From Felis catus (Eukaryota), in assembly GCF_018350175.1 (NCBI RefSeq), contig NC_058368.1, positions 89,034,001 through 89,098,000 on the forward strand: a stretch of DNA of 64,000 nucleotides, read 5' to 3'. The notes below the pieces were generated by a model, which was not told the origin of the DNA, did not search any database, and saw only the letters and a list, made by a program, of their open reading frames with translations. Within the stretch, counting starts at the first letter, position 1. Each line of letters begins with the position of its first letter. Made by a program: the position numbers and the translations under genes. Below are positions 48,911-64,000 of the stretch, in pieces.

Positions 48911-49354
48911 AAAAATGCACTTTTTCACTGTTTTTGGTATGAAATTGACCCAGACAACGTAGCCTACCTTTGCCAGAAGGTACTACCCTGCCTTTTCAGT
49001 GTTAGTTTTTCTCTTACAGACTTTGAGGTTTTCCAGTCCAGATCTTTAGATTTATAAACTTTATTTCTATCCTTCTAGTGTTTGCCCATGACATTTTACC
49101 ACACAGTTAACTTAAAATCCAGAGTTAAAAAGAATCTTGACCTCCTCAGAAATAATATAAGCACTTCAGGCCACTTTTAGGCATATCTTCCAGCTTTACC
49201 TACTATTGTCCAACATTTCAATTCTATCTTTAGCCCTTTGAATTAGACACTGACTTAAAAATGAGTCTTTTGATATACCTCTATGTTGGCAAGTTTAATT
49301 TCCTTCTTGCACATCAGGTATTTTCTTTGGAAAGAGGTGGGGGATGGTGTTCCC

Positions 49355-50190
49355 TGAATGAACTCAAGTCCTGAAATGAGACTGAACTGGCACAGTTGCA
49401 ACACAAAGTCCACCTGGGACAACTGGAAACTCAAAAGACCCCTCCTCATCTGAGATGAGCTTGAGCAGCATGTTATCTGGCCGTAGATGGAATGAAGGCC
49501 TAGGCCAGGAGGCCCTGAAGCCCATTTCCTGTGGGTCAGTCAATGCAGGCCTCAGTAGGAGCGTATCCCAGTGCTTAGTGGGCTGGGGCACTCAAAATCC
49601 CCATTTGAATGGTAACCATCCTCTCCCTTATTGCACTTCTCTCCCAATAGTAGGTGGTACATTAGGTCCAAGTGGAGCTCAAATAGGTGGGTGTCTGTGG
49701 GGGGCAGGGGCTCAAGCCACTGGTGGCCTCAGGGGAGTGAAAGATGGATACCTGGTGACTCCTTGGAATTGATATTCTATGGCCTCCCTTTCCTCCCACT
49801 ATATACCAACCCTGGAGCCACCAGCCACTTTGGAGGATGTGTGAGCTTTTCTGAAGATTTTAATCACTCCTCCCTCTCTTTTTTTGGTAAATATTTTTTT
49901 TGGGGGGGAGGGGCAGAGAAAGAGGGAGACAGAGAATTCCAAGCAGGCTCCACACTATTAGTGCAGAGCCCCACGTGAGGCTCAAACTTACGAACCATGA
50001 GATCATGACCTGAGCCAAAATCAAGAATCAAATGCTTACCCAACTGAGCCATCCAGGCACCCCATCCCATTCCTCCCTCTTTATAAACCCAATTCAGTTG
50101 TCCCACCCAAATATCACCACCACCTCCTTCTTGCCCGTTGGTGGTGGTCACCTTCCTCTGAGCAATGCAGTTTAGTTCAGCATCCATTAG
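49355..50190 (-). mobile_element. Possible ERVL/MaLR internal-region remnant
   Basis: By-eye resemblance to decayed ERVL gag/pro sequence; no intact ORF. Confidence 0.3.
49880..50063 (-). mobile_element. Can-SINE
   Basis: Reverse SINE body; imperfect TSD ca(c/t)tcctccctct. Confidence 0.9.
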
Positions 50191-51022
50191 TGTGATTTTT
50201 GCTTGTGGACTTTCTCCCTTACCTTTATTTACTGCTGCTGCCTAGTTCCTAGGGCAGGGGATTATAACTGGCAGATATTCAATGAGCATTTGCTGGATAA
50301 ATTGCCAGTGTTCCATGTAGAGAAGGACTGAGAACATGTGTGGTTGTGACATTCCAAAGTGGAGTTGAGTGGCGGAAATGGTCTTTCCTTCCTTTTCCTA
50401 GACCCATCCCCCCTCCTTCCATCAAAACTTACTGGTGGAGGCCTGGAGACAAAATGAAAGAACTGTACTCTTAGAGTGAAGCATGGAAAAATATGTGAAG
50501 GTAGAGCAGGGCTAGAGACAAATCCTAGAAAGCCAGGAAACTAGCTAGAGATTGTGCTTTTGTAAAGAGAGTGGATTCTGGGGCCAGAGAGACAGGACTA
50601 GAATTCAGCCTCTATAGACAGGCCCCACCTGGAGTATTCTTCAACAGCGTACTTAACTTTCAAAAGACTCTCCTTTTACCCTTTGAGTTACCTGGATAAT
50701 ATAAATAATATTTTGTTAATTTCTATCTTTTCCCAAGATAACTATTTCTGTGTGGTGACAGATCAGTCCCACAGCCTGCCCATTCTTAGGAGCTATGATC
50801 CAGCCCCAGTATGAGGATCAATCCATTTTGCACTTCTCCTGGTGAAGACACCACCTAATTTCTTGTGAAACCTGAGCTACTAGACCCGTGGTATAAGTCT
50901 CCTGCTGCCCTCCCTGCATTGGATCTGGTCTAACTTACCCCACAAAGATATGACAAATGGCTTTCTCTGCCATACTGCTCCATCTGAAGTCAGTCACAGT
51001 CTGTTTACTTTTGAGGAATTTC

Positions 51023-51028
51023 TTTATT
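51023..51028 (-). terminator. Candidate ZFP62 polyadenylation signal AATAAA
   Basis: TTTATT on the + strand about 1.07 kb past the stop codon; another at 50224-50229. Confidence 0.45.
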
Positions 51029-52091
51029 GGAGTTCCATCTTACCTCACCACAACCATCTGGCTCTTCATGGCCAAGAAAGAGTGAGCCCTGAACATAGTA
51101 TTCATAACATTTTACAACAGACAACACACATGTAGTGCATGAAATCTTTACAATAACACATTCCAAAACAATCAAACATTTAACAGGATTATTAAGCATG
51201 AATTTCCTCTGATCCCTCTATTATCAACAGCTACTCAGCTTTTTAGCTCTTGCAATACAATGACCTTCTCAGCATTCCTACTCATAGGAATCCCTGAGTC
51301 AATGATTTTTGTGCAGGTGCAAATTCATGAAGACCTGTTCCATTAGTTATGTAATGTGCTGAATTTCTCTCTATGGTAGAACCTTTCATTTGTAGCACAA
51401 TGTGTGAGGTTTTCACTTCTCACACTTCATCATTCATTGAGGGGGCTCATTTGAAATTTTTAAAAAGTTTTGTCCATTCAACTGATGTATCACAACATTA
51501 CAACAGTATAATCCAATCAGCTTGCATTTTTAATGACTCTATTTCCTGTTAGATTCATGTCTACATTTTCCACTCTTCCTACAACAAAACCCAATTTTGT
51601 TTCAAAATGTCATCACCCCTCACAAATTATTCAGTTATATCAAGCTTATACTTCACGATCACTCCTCTTAAATATATATTCCCTGAAGCCTATCTCTCCC
51701 TGAATTTGCCTGTTGGAGGCCATTCTTGTATTTTTTCCACTGACCAATGTATAATTGGGATTCAAAGCTATAGCTGAATTTCCCCCATTTCTATTCACAC
51801 AATTTAACCAAATATGAACTTTCTGATGGTGACTATATGACTTCTAAGTGAAGTCCTTTCCTTATCCATGTGCTTTATGTCCAGAAATGTCTGCTTACTT
51901 TGAAGGTTTTTTCAAATACTCTGTCACTTTGATAGGTTTTATCCCCAGTATCAACTATTTTGTGTTCCATAAAGGCTCAACTACCTTGACATTGCAGGCT
52001 TCCTTGCTGACTATGACTGAAGATCATACTGAAGAGTACTCAGTTTCATTTATACTATGTAAATTATAAGCCATGAACAAATACCTCATAT

Positions 52092-54932
<2,841 letters not shown>

Positions 54933-55599
54933 TTACATCCAAATTCACTCATTCACTTGACAAATATTTACTGACTGCATGCTGTGTGATAGGTACCATT
55001 TTTAACTGCAGGGAACAAAAAGGGACATGTCAAGATTTCTACCCCTGTGGAGCTGATGTTAAAATGTTAGAGCCTTGGATTTTCAATGGAACAAAGAGTT
55101 TTTCTATTCTTGCATGACAGTTTAGTAGGAGGGCAAATAAAATGGGTTGAAATGATGCACAGGACCACAAACGATCATCACCTAGTCATGAAAAAACAGA
55201 GGGTAGAACAAATCTCTGAATAAGAGGAAACAGAAAGATTAATAAGACAAAAGGTAAGAAGACATAATCAGCAGAACTAAACAGATAAAGCTAAAAAAAA
55301 GAGAAGAAATTAGCACCTAGGTGGAGGTACTGGGGAGACGGTAATGAAAACATGAAGACAGTCATGAGAGACATGAGAAAGAAAGCAAACTACAGCTTTG
55401 TGGAGTTGGTTTGGCCTGTTGGACTTTCCCTCCAAGGAAAACCTGACCCTGGAAAGTGGGTAGTCAGGGAGGAATTCTACATGGAAGAGCATGCTCCATC
55501 CAGCCTGCCAGGCAAAGATGCATCATTTTTACTTTATGAACAGACTAACAGCAGTCAGAGCATATCAAAGATTAGAAGCTAAAATGCAAACCACCAAGC

Positions 55600-55795
55600 A
55601 AAGGAAATACTACTACCTGGATTCAAATACTTAACCGCATGATCTCAAGAAAGTGATTTACCCTCTTTGTGCCAGTTTCCTCATCTGTAAAATGAGGGCA
55701 ATGGGGCTGACATGAATATTAAGTGAGATAACATATATAAAGTGTTGTGAACAATGCCAACTACTTGGTGAGTGCTTTATGCATAATTATTACTA
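55600..55795 (+). mobile_element. MIR
   Basis: gtgccagtttcctcatctgtaaaatgaggg core...attaagtgagataa. Confidence 0.8.
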
Positions 55796-56153
55796 CTTAC
55801 TGAGGTCGGGTTATTTGATTGGAGTTGGAACCTGGGTATAAAGCACAGGTCTCAGGAAAGGTAAATTCCTTCCTAGAACAGATTTTAGGGCTCAAGCAGG
55901 GCTTCTTTGTTCCTCTTGAAAGTACTCTACTTGTCTCTACTACTTTGGGCAGAGTAGTTCATGTTGCTGAAATGTGAGGACAGACAGTGGAATCCCATAA
56001 TCATCAGCTGCAGCACATCTTTTATCAGGGACCATGCTCCATCATTCCCTTTGGCCTTGGCCCATCCACCTCTATTCATCTTCAGCCCTCAGGAAAGAAA
56101 GATGTTCAAGTTCCTATAGCCATAAAGCCAAATCCTCTAAAATAAACATAAAA

Positions 56154-56250
56154 GGGGCACCTGGCTGGTAGAGCATGCAATTCTTGGTCTTGGGGTCATG
56201 AGTTCAAGCCCCACATTGGGCACGGAGCCTACTTAAAGTTAAAAAAAAAT
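56154..56250 (+). mobile_element. Short, old tRNA-derived carnivore SINE lacking the CT tract
   Basis: ggggcacctggctggtagagcatg...gagttcaagccccac (B-box-like) followed by an A tail. Confidence 0.75.
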
Positions 56251-57893
56251 AAATAAACACACAAAACTTGATAGAGAAAAACAAAAAAGGAAGGGCTATA
56301 AGGGGGGGACTAGCCATATTAGGTATCAAAATAAACCAAAAAGGCTCTATAAATAAAGCAGCATGGTACTGGTGTATGGCCAAATGGAATAGAATAGAAA
56401 GTCCAAAAATAGTCCTAATTACACACAGAAATCAAGCATATGATAAAGATGTCAGATCAAATTATTGAGGCAAAGATGGTATTTAGAATAGTGTTGGAAC
56501 AACTATAAAACCATTGGAAAAAGATAAAATCAGATTCATTCTTTACACCATACTCAAGAATAAACTCCAAGTGCAGCAGATCTCTAATTATAAAAATGTG
56601 ATGCCATACAAATACTAGAAGGAAACATGAGTGAATGTTTCTATAATCTGATTACAGAAAAAGTTTTCAAACTATGACTCATATGCAATGAGAAGATTGA
56701 TAAATTTGTATAAATACAAATTACATGTCAAAAATGCTATAAGCAAAATTGAGAAATGGCAAAAATGAAAGAAAATATTTACCATGTGCATCATATAGAG
56801 GGGCTAATATCTCTCATACAAAAAATTTTCAAAAGTTGAAAAATATAGACTAAAATTCCTACAGAAGTGTTCAAGAGAAAAATTTGCAAGAATGAACAAT
56901 TCACAAAAAGAAGTATTAAAATGTCCTGCAAACATGTTTTCAATGTCACTCATAAGAGAAATGCAAATGAGAACTACACTAAGATACCATTTCTCATCTG
57001 CTGTATTAAAAGCTTGACGATACACTCTGTTGGTGAGGCTGCTGCGGAAACAGGCACTCTCATATGTTAATGGGAATGCAAATTGGCATAAGCCCTGTTG
57101 AGGGGCATTTGCCAATATCTAACACAACTGTGTGCATTTACACTTCAAACCAGAAATCCCATTTAGGAATTTATACTGAAGATCCACTTCCAACAATACA
57201 AAAAAGCATATGTGCACAAAGCTATTCATGGTAGCATTATTTGTAACTACAGAATTTGGAAAACTACCTAAACGTCCAAGCATAGAAGATTAAATAAACT
57301 ATGGCACATAATTGCAATGGAGTACTAAAAAAAATTAGGACATCTCTATAAATTGATTGAGAGGGAGCAATTTTCAGGATGTAAAGAGGAAAAAAGCATA
57401 CATGCTACATTTTATATATAAGGAAGAAAAATAAGAAAATGAGCATATATCTGCTTATCTTCATAGTAATGAGAAGCCAGAAATCAGTAAAGCCCCATTT
57501 CCTGTAAATGGAGGAGTGGGGAGGACAGTGCAAAATGATAGGGAAGACAGACACTCTAAGAACAGCTTTTTGCACAGTTTTTACTTATGGAAGCATGATA
57601 ATACGCTGCATATTCAAAGAATAAAATTAAATCAGTGAGAATTACAAAAAGGAAAAGCAGCTAAACCAGAAAGCAAACGGAAACAAATGAACTCATTTGT
57701 GTTTGACATGAATACTGTAACCACAGGAAGGGAACAAAAACAAACTGTAACCTGAGGAAGGGAACAAAAAGAAACAAACAACTAACCCATGTAACTTAGG
57801 CACACAATTATTACATAATATGTGACTATCTACTTTCCAGTCTTGGGAAGGAGGGGGTGGTGGGGAAGCACTGAAAACAACTGAACACTTTTT

Positions 57894-57924
57894 TTTTTTT
57901 TTTTAATATATGAAATTTATTGTC
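57894..57924 (-). mobile_element. Ultra-short L1_Fc-type 3' tail insertion
   Basis: Reverse complement gacaataaatttcatatatt(A)n; TSD aacaactgaacacttttt at 57876-57893 / 57925-57942. Confidence 0.85.
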
Positions 57925-57984
57925 AACAACTGAACACTTTTTAAGCAGGTTTGTTTTCTGCAAAGATATGGGCAAAGTAATTTT

Positions 57985-58178
57985 TTAAAATTATTATAAT
58001 TTTTTAATGTTTATTTTTGAGAGAGAGCACAAGCAGGGGAGGGGCAGAGAGAAAGGGGGACAGAGGATCCAAAGCACGCTCTGTGCTGACAGCAGAGAGC
58101 CCAATGCAGGGCTCGAACTCACAAACATGATCTGCACTGAAGTCAGAAGCTTAACTGACTGAGCCACCCAAGGTGCCC
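57985..58178 (-). mobile_element. Can-SINE
   Basis: TSD ggcaaagtaatttt. Confidence 0.92.
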
Positions 58179-59519
58179 TGTTGGCAAAGTAATTTTGAAA
58201 CAATTTTAGATGTGGTGGGGGATTGAGTAAATATGTTGATTTAGTTGCAAGCCAAGGCTCTCCTGGAGGAAGAGGAGACCTAAAAATATGGAATAGGGGA
58301 AGACAAGAAAGAACCTGTAGGGATGAATCAGAGATCAGTGTGAATTCATGATTTCTAAACATATATATGTGTGTGTGCACATGTCTGTGTATTCACAGGT
58401 ATGCACACATATTCCCTAGCTCTCTGCTGAAAAGCCAAGAAGCAAAAAATATCTTAGTGGTAATAAGCACATCCAGCACCCTGTTCTTAGTCTCTACGAC
58501 CATTACCTACTAAAAGGAACTATAGCTCCTCAGAGAAATGGCAGATTCTAGGTTAGGGCAGGATACACACAAGGTGAGCTGGGGCATCTTGTTATGCCAA
58601 CAAGTAAGGAGATGCTTAAAAATGACAGGATAGGTCATAAGACCACATGCCAGCCTGGCCACACATTTTAGGCTCCATAATAATTATGTACAGTAATGAA
58701 CTTCACACCATTGAAAATGGGATTTCATGAGTCCATACATAAACAGGGGAGAAAGAGAAGCTGCTTACTTACAGGAGAATGCCAGGGCCAGTTAGTATAC
58801 GTGGAGAAAACAGTAGAGTTGAAAATAAATTAGTATTCTGCAACTATCAGAGCAAAGACTGGATCAGGGCAGAATTATCACTGGATTCTAAATCTAGGGG
58901 AAATTTTGAGAAGGTGCAGTACATATGCACAATCTTAAAATATTCACCCCAGACTGAAAGGGAAAAATAGTAATTATACAGTAGAGAAATTAGACAATGT
59001 CTTGGCCAACTGTGGTAAATTAATATCACCAATGGAGGCAGATTGACATTATGTGCTTCCCGAAGTGACATCCTGAGGACACATCACCTACAAGAATGCA
59101 GCACCGAGCAGTTTGCCAACCTTTGTTAGATAATATCAAGGAATCAGAATTTAGGATGGTATGATAATGGCACTGTGGCTGTTAGAAGTGTCATTTTTGT
59201 TTGTAGACTGAAAGTATGTTAGAATGTAATGGCATTATGTCTGAAGTTTCCTTTAAAAAACTTTAACAAAGGAAAAATACAAAGGGAAAGGTGAAACAAA
59301 TGTAGCAGAATTAAAATTATTATTGAAGCTGATCTATGGGTGTATGAAATTCATTGTACTATTTTACTTTCCTGTATGTTTAAATTTTTTCATAATACAA
59401 AATTAAAAGAAAAAAGATCACTCATACTAGTTTCAGTGGGCAAATGAATTAGAGAGAACCGAGTCCTGAAGTCTGGGAGGAGGTTACTAAAGCCAATCAA
59501 GAAGACTCATGTGCCCTAT

Positions 59520-61060
59520 CAAAATATAGCATTTTACACAGAGCTAGAACAAAGCCAAAATTTGTATGGAACTACAAAAGACCCTGAATAGCCAAAATAA
59601 CTTTGAAAAAGAAAAGCAAAGCTGGAGGCAGCACAATTCTGGACTTCAAGGAATATTAAAAAGCTCCAGGGAACAGAACAGTTATGGTGCTGGCACAAAA
59701 ACAGACACACAGATCAGCAGAACAGAATACAAAACCCAGAAATGAACGCACAATTATACGGTCAATTAATCTTTGCCAAAGCAGGAAAGAATATCCAAAG
59801 GGGGAAAAGACAATCTTTTCGAAAAATGGTGTTAGAAAACTGGACAGCAACATGTGAAAGTAGACCACTTTCTTACACCATACACAAAAATAAATTCAAA
59901 TGGATTTGAAAGGCCTAAATGTGAGACAGGAAACCATAAAAATCCTAAGGAAGAACACAAGTAGTAACTTCTTTGACATTGGCCATAGCAACTTATTTTC
60001 AGGTATGTCTCCTGAGGCAAGTAAAACAAAAGCAAAAATAAACTATTGGGAATTCATCAAGATAAAAAGCTTCTGCACAGCAAAGGAAACAATCAACAAA
60101 ACTAAATGGCAACCTACAGAATGGAAGAAAGTATTTGCAAATTACCTATGTATGGATAAAGAGTTAGTATCCAAAACATATACAGAAACTTAACATCCAA
60201 AACATGAATAATCAAATTAAAAAATGTGCAGAAGACAGGCATAGACATTTTCCCAAAGACACACAGATGGCCAACAGACACATGAAAGGATGCTCAATAT
60301 CACTCATCATCCAGAATGGCTAAAATTAACAACTCAGGAAACAACAGGTGTTGGGGAGGATGCAGAGTAAGGGGATCACTTTTGTACCGTTGGTGGGAAT
60401 GCAAACTAGTGCAGCCACTATGGAAAATAGTATTGAGGTTCCTCAAAAAGTTACAAATAGAACTGCCCTATGATCCAGCAATTGCAGTACTAGGTATTTA
60501 CCCAAAGAATACAAAAATACTAACTCAAAGGGATACATATACCCCCATGTTTACAGCAGCATTATCTACAATAGCCAAATTATGGAAACAACCCAAGTGT
60601 CTGTCCACTGATGAATGGATAAAGATGTTGTGGTATACATATAAAACGGAATACTACTCAGCCATAAAAAGAATGAAATCTTGCCATTTGCAATGACATG
60701 GATGGAGCTAGAGAGTATTACACTAAGTGAAATAAGTCAGTCAGAGAAAGATAAATATCATATGATTTCATTCCTATGTGGAATTTAAGAAACAAAATAA
60801 ATGGGCAAAGGAGCAAGAGAGAAAGAGAGAGAGGGGGAGATGAAAGAAAAGAAGTTCAAGAAACAGACTCTTAATTAAAGAAAACAAACTGGTGGTTACC
60901 AGAAGGGAGAGGGATGAGGGATGGGGGCAATGGAGGGATGACGGGGCTTAAAGAGTGCACCTGTCATGATGAGCACAGGGTGATGTATGGAAGTGCTGAA
61001 TCACTAAATTGTATACCTGAAACTAATATTACACTGTACGTTAACTAAATGGAATTTAAA
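59520..61060 (+). mobile_element. Carnivore L1 (L1_Carn-type), 5'-truncated and frameshifted
   Basis: ORF fragments [11 protein letters not shown]...[17 protein letters not shown] and [12 protein letters not shown]...LPYDPAI; 3'UTR ends ctgaaactaatattacactgtacgttaactaaatggaatttaaa. Confidence 0.9.
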
Positions 61061-61317
61061 TTCCTCTCTAACTCCTCTCTAGTTGTCAGCAGGAAGCATG
61101 ACCCAACAGTCTGGTAACATCAGTCAAAAGTGCTAGCTTTAGAATGCCACCTGCTCCTTCCAAATTACACATCCTACCACCTCTGAACTCCTTGGTACTT
61201 GTCATTCATGTTCTATCAATGCCCAAAAAAGCCTCTGCACATAATAAGAACCTGCCCTTAATTCTTGCTGTCCCTGCACAAAAGAGTCAGACGCCCCTTC
61301 TTAAAGATACTGGACAA

Positions 61318-62986
61318 AATGGAAAGACATTCCCTGCTCATGGATTGGAAAAATAAATATTGTCAAAATGTCAATACTACCCAAAGCTATCTACACATTC
61401 AATGCAATCCCAATCAAAATTGCACCAGCATTCTTCTCGAAACTAGAACAAGCAATCCTAAAATTCATATGGAACCACAAAAGGCCCCGAATAGCCAAAG
61501 GAATTTTGAAGAAGAAGACCAAAGCAGGAGGCATCACAATCCCAGACTTTAGCCTCTACTACAAAGCTGTCATCATCAAGACAGCATGGTATTGGCACAA
61601 AAACAGACACATAGACCAATGGAATAGAATAGAAACCCCAGAACTAGACCCACAAACGTATGGCCAACTCATCTTTGACAAAGCAGGAAAGAACATCCAA
61701 TGGAAAAAAGACAGCCTCTTTAACAAATGGTGCTGGGAGAACTGGACAGCAACATGCAGAAGGTTGAAACTAGACCACTTTCTCACACCAATCACAAAAA
61801 TAAACTCAAAATGGATAAAGGACCTAAATGTGAGACAGGAAACCATCAAAACCTTAGAGGAGAAAGCAGGAAAAGACCTCTCTGACCTCAGCCGTAGCAA
61901 TCTCTTACTCGACACATCCCCAAAGGCAAGGGAATTAAAAGCAAAAGTGAATTACTGGGACCTTATGAAGATAAAAAGCTTCTGCACAGCAAAGGAAACA
62001 ACCAACAAAACTAAAAGGCAACTAACGGAATGGGAAAAGATATTCGCAAATGACATATCGGACAAAGGGCTAGTATCCAAAATCTATAAAGAGCTCACCA
62101 AACTCCACACCCGAAAAACAAATAACCCAGTGAAGAAATGGGCAGAAAACATGAATAGACACTTCTCTAAAGAAGACATCTGGATGGCCAACAGGCACAT
62201 GAAAAGATGTTCAGCGTCGCTCCTTATCAGGGAAATACAAATCAAAACCACACTCAGGTATCACCTCACGCCCGTCAGAGTGGCCAAAATGAACAAATCA
62301 GGAGACTATAGATGCTGGAGAGGATGTGGAGAAACGGGAACCCTCTTGCACTGTTGGTGGGAATGCAAATTGGTGCAGCCGCTCTGGAAAGCAGTGTGGA
62401 GGTTCCTCAGAAAATTAAAAATAGACCTACCCTATGACCCAGCAATAGCACTGCTAGGAATTTATCCAAGGGATACAGGAGTACTGATGCATAGGGCCAC
62501 TTGTACCCCAATGTTCATAGCAGCACTCTCAACAATAGCCAAATTATGGAAAGAGCCTAAATGTCCATCAACTGATGAATGGATAAAGAAATTGTGGTTT
62601 ATATACACAATGGAGTACTACGTGGCAATGAGAAAAAATGAAATATGGCCTTTTGTAGCAACGTGGATGGAACTAGAGAGTGTGATGCTAAGTGAAATAA
62701 GTCATACAGAGAAAGACAGATACCATATGGTTTCACTCTTATGTGGACCCTGAGAAATTAACAGGAACCCATGGGGGAGGGGAAGGAAAAAAAAAAAGAG
62801 GTTAGAGTGGGAGAGAGCCAAAGCATAAGAGACTCTTAAAAACTGAGAACAAACTGAGGGTTGATGGGGGTGGGAGGGAGGAGAGGGTGGGTGATGGGTA
62901 TCGAGGAGGGCACCTTTTGGGATGAGCACTGGGTGTTGTATGGAAACCAATTTGTCAATAAATTTCATATTAAAAAAAAAAAAAAA
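61318..62986 (+). mobile_element. Young feline L1 (L1_Fc-type), 5'-truncated to ~1.67 kb, with an open ORF2 C-terminus
   Basis: Open frame from KWKDIPCSW (61317) to the stop at 62753, including the CCHC-region CWRGC...HCWWEC; 3'UTR and poly(A); perfect 15-bp TSD aaagatactggacaa (61303-61317 / 62987-63001) at a TT/AAAG site. Confidence 0.97.
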
Positions 62987-64000
62987 AAAGATACTGGACA
63001 ACTCACAAAAGAATCGTGGCTTACTCTGGCCAAAAAGTCCTGCCTATTAACAGGCTGTAATGAGCAATGCATCAGCAGCTACTCTAGGTTTCCAGATTAC
63101 CAAACATTCCACAAGTCTATTTGCCATCAAGTGTCACATCAGGATTCTGTACCTTAAGTTCTTTTTATATATTTGGCTTGGAAATGACCAAAAAAACAAG
63201 ACATGTGAGCACAAAATTCTTACCAATTCAGAAGAAAGAATACCTAGGAAATTGGAGAATGAGACAGATGAAAGATGGAATCAAGGAATACAGATGAATA
63301 GAGAGAATATGTGTGCTTTAGTTATTATTGCATTTAGTTTATGAATATCAGCATTGTAAATGGTTAACATGAGTTGGTTCTATTGCTTAAAAGTAGAAAT
63401 AATGATGAAAGGTGATTTTTCCTTAAAGTAAAAAATGAAATAGAACATTCTCATACCTGGTAGTGGTGAAGAGATTTCTAGTCATCCTGAGGAAAAAGGT
63501 AAGCAGAGGAGATTCTGAAAGGGAGACTGAGAGATTTTCTGAAGCTAAATGGGCAGAGACTGGCTGGAAGGGAGTCATTAACAGAATTAGATTATTAGGC
63601 TAGCATAAAGCTAATAAGCATCATAAACACAAGATCAGGAGAGAAAACCTACTTGGTCTTATTTGTTCTTTAAGCACTCTACACGAACTGTTATAATAAT
63701 GATTTGGCATGTTTAACAATTTACCAGAAACTGGCTGAGTTAATGTAAAACAAAAATTATTTTGACTGATCTCTTCTTTAAAAACCCTTGCTAAAGTATG
63801 TCCTAGTAGAACCTCATTGAGCGCATCATTGATGAAGTAACAAAAAATTGAAAACAACCCAAATGGCTCCAAACAGATCTAAAAAAATATGGAATATTAA
63901 AAACACTCAAACAATAGTCAATCTGTTACCACAGTGCTGTTTTGTTGTTGTTTTCAAAGCTCTTTGTATTCTGATGATGCCTAAAACACAGTAGAAGGAA

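Larger units (their letters stand above)
56262..59415 (+). mobile_element. Ancient L1M (ORF2 C-terminus plus long 3'UTR) in the ZFP62 intron
   Basis: ORF track 56268..56468 GGLAIL..K...KAAWYW...WNRIESP is decayed L1 ORF2; ends tttttcataatacaaaattaaaa. Confidence 0.75.

Noticed and set aside
56154..56250. tRNA gene
   Set aside because: The tRNA-like head has a deletion in the A-box region and is followed by an A tail; it is a SINE, as are the other tRNA-like heads in the window
61368..62753. 461-aa ORF as a host gene or active retrotransposon
   Set aside because: C-terminal part of L1 ORF2 in a 5'-truncated copy lacking promoter, ORF1, endonuclease and RT core

Overview
Mammalian genomic DNA, almost certainly from a felid, judged by more than 20 Can-SINE/SINEC_Fc-type insertions and young L1_Fc-type 3' ends. 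The only well-supported protein-coding sequence is the single large coding exon of ZFP62 (minus strand, 52092-54874, 26 C2H2 fingers, no KRAB domain in the window). Its upstream exon(s) probably lie beyond 64000. Two CpG islands (~5.1-6.0 kb and ~11.9-12.8 kb) carry minus-strand splice donors and look like the alternative non-coding first exons of MGAT1, whose CDS would lie before base 1. That call rests on a recalled human 5'UTR sequence and recalled MGAT1-ZFP62 synteny. The rest is mostly interspersed repeats: SINEs, L1 of several ages, L2, L3, MIR, MaLR/ERV LTRs and DNA transposons. Repeat family names were recognised by eye and need RepeatMasker/Dfam confirmation. I found no demonstrably new biological system. 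The best leads are: (i) a possible heavily decayed butyrophilin-like gene relic at 18-23 kb; (ii) the periodic A-B-C(-D) finger code of ZFP62, its apparent split A|TG start codon, and fossil fingers in its 3'UTR; (iii) a solo LTR with a 6-bp TSD carrying a tandemly amplified forkhead-motif array; (iv) candidate uORF, intronic poly(A) and Golgi-stress elements in the MGAT1 leader region.
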